64,000 nt of DNA from the NCBI GenBank assembly GCA_031414595.1, contig JANNVX010000109.1, positions 1 through 64,000 on the forward strand. Direction: 5' to 3'. The stretch is from Deinococcales bacterium (GTDB lineage: Bacteria; Deinococcota; Deinococci; Deinococcales; JAAFIG01). The position numbers and the translations under genes were made by a program. The notes under the pieces are model-generated. The model was given only the letters and a program-made list of their open reading frames with translations, did no database searches and was not told where the DNA came from. Below, one piece after another: positions 59,586 through 64,000 of the stretch (position 1 is its first letter; each line of letters opens with the position of its first letter).

Positions 59586-60515
59586 TTACTTAATAAACCC
59601 TTTGCTTTTTAAGTACGCCTTGGCGACCTCGAGTGGGGGTTTGCCGTCTACATCTATTTGCCGGTTAAGGTTTTGCAACACAGGCAAGGTCAAGCCCTTA
59701 AAGACTGGGTTTAGCAGTCCAGCGATTTCTGGGTATTGCTTCAAAAGTGCGCCACGAATGGTTGGGGCGGGTTGGTAAACAGGTTGTGCGCCTTTGGGGT
59801 CGGTCATGGCGATTAAACCCAAAGCATCGAGTGTGCCATCTGTACCGTATGCCATAGCCGCATTTGCGCCGCCCGTGCCTTGAGCAACGGCTTGTTGGGT
59901 TTGGGCTGGGGTGGCATTGGCAAGCGTGATTTTTTGGTCGGGTTTTAGCTTAAAACCGTAAACCTTTTCAAAACTAGGCAGGGCATCGTCGCGTTCAAAG
60001 AATTCTTGGCTGGCAACCAGTTTAACTGCGCCACCGCCATTGACGTATTTCGAGAAATCAATCAGCGACTTAATTTTTTCTTTATTCGCCAGCCCACTCG
60101 GAATCGCAATCGCAAAGGTGTTATTGGCTGGGGCGCGTTCGAGCCAGATGATGTTGTTTAAGCGTTGGTCAAAGATTTTAACCGCAGCATACGAACGGCT
60201 GGCATTCTGAGCAGTATCGGCGGCGATTTTTTGTCCCTTAAAGAAATTGCCAATTGCGCTACCCGTGTATTCTGGGTAGACATCAATCGCGTTCTCGAGA
60301 AGGGCTTTACGGGTCACAAAAGTATTGCCCGTGGGAATTTGGCGTTTGACTTGAAAACCGGAATTCTCGAGGACAAGGCTAATCATTTGCCCAAGCACTT
60401 GCCCTTCGCTGTCGAGTTTACTGCCGACTGTAACCTGTCCTTTTTGGGCTAAGGCAAGGCTAACCAATGCCAATGCCATCAGTGCGCCGAAGGCTTGTAA
60501 CCGTTGTTTTTTCAT
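59586..60515 (-). CDS. Glycine betaine/osmoprotectant ABC substrate-binding protein (OsmF-like)
   Basis: VGSKLDSEG, IDVYPEYTG, PANNTFAIA, QPVYQPAP. Confidence 0.9.
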   Translation of the reverse strand: MKKQRLQAFGALMALALVSLALAQKGQVTVGSKLDSEGQVLGQMISLVLENSGFQVKRQIPTGNTFVTRKALLENAIDVYPEYTGSAIGNFFKGQKIAADTAQNASRSYAAVKIFDQRLNNIIWLERAPANNTFAIAIPSGLANKEKIKSLIDFSKYVNGGGAVKLVASQEFFERDDALPSFEKVYGFKLKPDQKITLANATPAQTQQAVAQGTGGANAAMAYGTDGTLDALGLIAMTDPKGAQPVYQPAPTIRGALLKQYPEIAGLLNPVFKGLTLPVLQNLNRQIDVDGKPPLEVAKAYLKSKGFIK

Positions 60516-60658
60516 GATTTTTCTCCTTAAAATAAGTACGCATTAGCTTACTTGAAAGGTTCAATCAGTTTGTGTTCTGCAAGTGACAAAAGGCAAAAGG
60601 CGAAAGGTAAAAGTCTTCCTCTTTCCTCCTTCATCAGCTTTTAGCGTAGACTCGAGCG

Positions 60659-61165
60659 GTGATTGTCATGGGCATAGACCCCGGATTAGCCAACCTTGGG
60701 ATTGGGATTGTGCGTGAGGACGGCAAAACGCCAGTCTACTTGCACAGCGAACTTGTACGCACCTCGAGCAGCGCCACTGCCCCGAACCGCTTGGCGTTTA
60801 TTTACAAGGCAGTGAAATTGCAGCTTGAATTGCACCAACCCGAAGCTCTGGCGCTCGAGGGACAGTTTTTTCAAGCCCAACACGCCATGACTGCTTTTAA
60901 GGTCGGTGAAGCGGTGGGGGTGGTGCTGCTGGCTTGTGCTGAACTGGGTGTACCAGTCTTTGAATACAGCCCTAAAGCCGTTAAACTAGCGTTGGTAGGC
61001 ACGGGTAACGCCAGCAAAGACCAAATTATTTTTATGGTTCGAGCCACTTTACAGCTTCGTGAAAATCCCAACTCGAGCCACAGCGCTGATGCTTTGGCAT
61101 TGGCTTTAACCCATCTTGCCTCGCGGCGGGTCAAACAATTTGCTGGAGTCTCGAGGATGATTTAA
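60659..61165 (+). CDS. ruvC: Holliday junction resolvase
   Basis: MGIDPGLANLG, ALEGQFF, EYSPKAVKLALVGTGNASKDQ, ADALALALTH. Confidence 0.96.
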   Translation: MIVMGIDPGLANLGIGIVREDGKTPVYLHSELVRTSSSATAPNRLAFIYKAVKLQLELHQPEALALEGQFFQAQHAMTAFKVGEAVGVVLLACAELGVPVFEYSPKAVKLALVGTGNASKDQIIFMVRATLQLRENPNSSHSADALALALTHLASRRVKQFAGVSRMI

Positions 61166-61261
61166 TTTTTGATTCATCTTGTCCCCACATTTGTAGGCTT
61201 GTCTTGGTGCTACAATCCGCTTTAGATGCTAAATCATACTCTCAAACTCTAGGTGGTAAAA

Positions 61262-62413
61262 ATGACAACCATGCCCGCCAATGCCGCCCCAAAAGCCTCC
61301 AACCGAGGTCTTTGGCTCGTCTCCCCAGCCTACGACCTGACCCTGATTATCTTCTCGAGTGTACTGCTGGTGCTGCCTCATATTGGTTCTTTGCTGGCAG
61401 GGCAGTACAAATTTGATGGTGCGTTTACGCCAAATGTGGTGATTGATTTGGTGGTGACAGCCCTGATTGGTGGTCCGCACTTATTTGCCACCTACACCAT
61501 GACTTTTATGGAACCGCGTTTTACCCAGCGTTACAAAAAATACACTTGGGGGGCGCTTTTAATGCCCGTTTTTGTGATTACTTTGGCACTGTGGAATTTA
61601 ACGCTTTTGGTTAGTTTGTTTTTCTTTTGGGCAAGCGCTCATATCATCCATCAAGCCGCTTATATTGCCGATTCCTACCGTTTCAAAGACCCGCGTTTTG
61701 AAATTTTTAAGCACCTGAAACGCGCTCAGGTCATCTCGAGAATTATAGATTACGGGCTTTTAATGACCTGCTTGTACCCAATTGCAACCTTTCGGATTAC
61801 GGGTACACCACTTGTTCTTAACGGGCAGAACGTGTCTTTGCCGTTTGAAACCGGCGGACGGGCATTATTGTTTCCAGAATTCCTCAAAAGTCCGTGGGTG
61901 GCTTATGCTGCCAGTGCTGCCTTTGCGGTTTTTTTGGTGGCTTTTATTGTTAAAACCATTTGGGAATTGCGGGTTGGACTGTTTCATGGTCCTAAAACTT
62001 TACACATGAGTGTGGCGGCGGTGTTGTTTTTCCTGACTCCATTTTTAGCCAATTTAGATGTGGCATTCCAAGGCTTAAATGTCTGGCATTCTTTCCAATA
62101 CTTAGCCGTGGTGTTGTACTTAAACCGTGTGCGTGCCGAACGAGGTTTAATCGGCTCTGAGTTTGTGGCAAAAGTCTCCAAAAGCGGACGCAGTTTATAC
62201 TGGCTGTGTTTTTTATTCACCCTTGGGGCTGGCGTGGCTTACGTGCTGGTACGGGTAATTTTGCATTTTACAGGTGCGTTTGGGGCAGACTTAGCGCAAC
62301 AACATTACTTTGCATTTTACAGTGTGGTTTTAAGTGCGCTTTTAATTCATTATTACTTTGATCATTTCTTGTTTTTACAAGTTGATGATGTGATTACTCC
62401 AAAATGGACATGA
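61262..62413 (+). CDS. Multi-pass membrane protein with four His-containing motifs
   Basis: GPHLFATY, AHIIHQ, WHSFQY, IHYYFDH in or near hydrophobic segments. Confidence 0.7.
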   Translation: MTTMPANAAPKASNRGLWLVSPAYDLTLIIFSSVLLVLPHIGSLLAGQYKFDGAFTPNVVIDLVVTALIGGPHLFATYTMTFMEPRFTQRYKKYTWGALLMPVFVITLALWNLTLLVSLFFFWASAHIIHQAAYIADSYRFKDPRFEIFKHLKRAQVISRIIDYGLLMTCLYPIATFRITGTPLVLNGQNVSLPFETGGRALLFPEFLKSPWVAYAASAAFAVFLVAFIVKTIWELRVGLFHGPKTLHMSVAAVLFFLTPFLANLDVAFQGLNVWHSFQYLAVVLYLNRVRAERGLIGSEFVAKVSKSGRSLYWLCFLFTLGAGVAYVLVRVILHFTGAFGADLAQQHYFAFYSVVLSALLIHYYFDHFLFLQVDDVITPKWT

Positions 62414-62937
62414 TGCAAGAAGAATTCCTCAAAAGCAGCCGCAAATTCTTTTTGTACTACAAAGAATTAGGCGAGAAAGCCATGCTTCAACTCGAGGAGG
62501 CACAACTTTTTCTCACACCAAGCGCTGGCAGCAACAGCATTGCCGTGATTGTGCAGCACATGGCGGGCAATATGCACTCGAGATGGACTGGTTTTCCAGA
62601 CACAGACGGTGAAAGTGCCAGCCGCAACCGTGATGCCGAATTTGAACTGCATTTAGACACTCGAGAAGAACTGCACAAGACTTGGGAATCTGGTTGGGCA
62701 GTTGTTTTTGCGGCACTCGAGCGGATAGATGATGTGCTGAAAACTGTCACGATTCGCGGTCAACAAATCACGGTTCTCGAGGCAATACAACGCCAAGTTG
62801 CCCATTACGCGCATCATGCTGGACAAATTGTATTCTCGGCAAAAATCATGCGCGGACAAGAATTTATCAGCCTGAGTGTTCCGCGTGGCGGTTCGGCGGC
62901 TTTTAATGCCGCCATGCTCGAGAAAACCAAGCCTTGA
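62404..62937 (+). CDS. DUF1572/DinB-like protein
   Basis: SNSIAVIVQHMAGNMHSRWT, RNRDAEF, HYAHHAGQI. Confidence 0.88.
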   Translation: MDMMQEEFLKSSRKFFLYYKELGEKAMLQLEEAQLFLTPSAGSNSIAVIVQHMAGNMHSRWTGFPDTDGESASRNRDAEFELHLDTREELHKTWESGWAVVFAALERIDDVLKTVTIRGQQITVLEAIQRQVAHYAHHAGQIVFSAKIMRGQEFISLSVPRGGSAAFNAAMLEKTKP

Positions 62938-63001
62938 GGACATCAGCCAAGTGGTGAGCGTGTTACAATCTTGCCTTGTGACCAATGGTCACGGAGGTTT
63001 T

Positions 63002-64000
63002 ATGACAGAACTACAAGAAAAACTAGAAAACCTTCGGGGGTATCTTTGACATCGCTGGTAAAACAGCCCGTTTAGATGTTCTCGAAGTTAGCCTAAACGA
63101 CCCAAACCTGTGGAACGACGCGAGTAACGCCCGCAATGTCACTAAAGAAAGCACAGCCTTGCGCCGTGTGGTAGATGATTTTATGCGCCTCGAGTCGGAT
63201 GTGCTGGGTCTTGGCGAAATGCTCGAAGTGGCTTCCGAAGAAGAACGTGCCGAACTCGAGCCAGATTTACTCGAGGCAACCACTCGGGTGGATGCGCTCT
63301 ATAAAGAAACACTTTTTAATGTCCATCACGCCGATTCTGCCGCGATTCTGGTGATTAAACCCGGTGCTGGTGGCACAGAAAGCCAAGACTGGGCAGAAAT
63401 GCTGCTGCGAATGATTACGCGCTATGCCGAACGCCATGAATTTGCGGTTGAACTGATGGATGTTACGGCTGGCGACCAAGCGGGGATTACGTATGCCGAA
63501 TTGATTGTCCGAGGTGAACGGGCGTATGGGTTACTGCGCTCAGAGGCTGGGGTACATCGTTTGGTGCGTGTTTCACCATTTAATGCCCAAGGTAAACGTC
63601 AAACCAGTTTCTCAAGTATCGAAATCATGCCCGAAATCGAGGATGCCTCGGAAGTTGAAATTAACCAAGCCGATGTTCGGATAGATGTCTTTAGGGCTGG
63701 CGGACACGGCGGACAGGGAGTCAACACCACCGACAGTGCAGTGCGCTTAACCTATAAAGCTGGAACACCCGACATGATTGTGGTGATTTGCCAAGACGGA
63801 CGCAGCCAACTCAAAAATAAAGACAAAGCCTTTACCGTCTTGCGCTCGAGACTCTATGAAATGGAAATGCGTAAAAAACGCGAAATCGAAGACAAAGCCC
63901 GTGGACAACAAAAGAGCATCGAATGGGGCAGTCAGATTCGCAGTTATGTGCTGGATAAGCAATATGTCAAAGACCACCGAACTGGTGTGATGCAGCACAA
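63002..64000 (+). CDS. prfB: Peptide chain release factor 2 (programmed +1 frameshift; 3' end beyond the window)
   Basis: MTELQEKLENLRGYL then CTT TGA C; the +1 frame gives DIAGK...GVHRLVRVSPF...GGHGGQGVNTTDSAVR...WGSQIRSYVL. Confidence 0.97.
63035..63050 (+). promoter_or_regulatory. RF2 autoregulatory frameshift site
   Basis: cggggg-tat-ctt-tga-c: internal SD-like GGGGG plus CTTTGAC. Confidence 0.95.

Noticed and set aside
1-64000. tRNA, rRNA or prophage genes
   Set aside because: No cloverleaf, rRNA-like or phage structural/integrase sequence was recognised by eye; a tRNAscan/Rfam run would be needed to exclude small RNAs

Overview
Chromosomal segment of a bacterium that looks like Deinococcota (inference from the rpe-comB pair, Deinococcus/Thermus-like malQ, lon, argS and sdh, and many genes with a TANNNT -10 box 5-7 nt before the start codon). 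Housekeeping content: malQ, trpL-trpE...trpG with an attenuator, lon, lptD/lptFG-like genes, argS, sdhCDAB, a polyamine ABC/deacetylase cluster, an ars cluster, ruvC and a frameshifted prfB running off the end. The most unusual features are: (1) an 11-subunit complex I operon (nuoABCDHIJKLMN, no nuoEFG) whose NuoH carries a dockerin-like Ca2+-binding insert and whose NuoC and NuoI share a paralogous disordered tail ending in KIKRWEP; (2) a layered set of very small repeats: a RAYT transposase inserted in the trp operon, GTAG-type REPs (some translated inside nuoC, nuoI and the RAYT itself) and a 36-39 nt hairpin element with covarying stems inserted in REP loops and in frame in genes; (3) very strong over-representation of the palindrome CTCGAG; (4) a DTE xanthorhodopsin-like proton pump with no adjacent blh. 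All calls come from reading the sequence and motifs by eye; no database searches were run.
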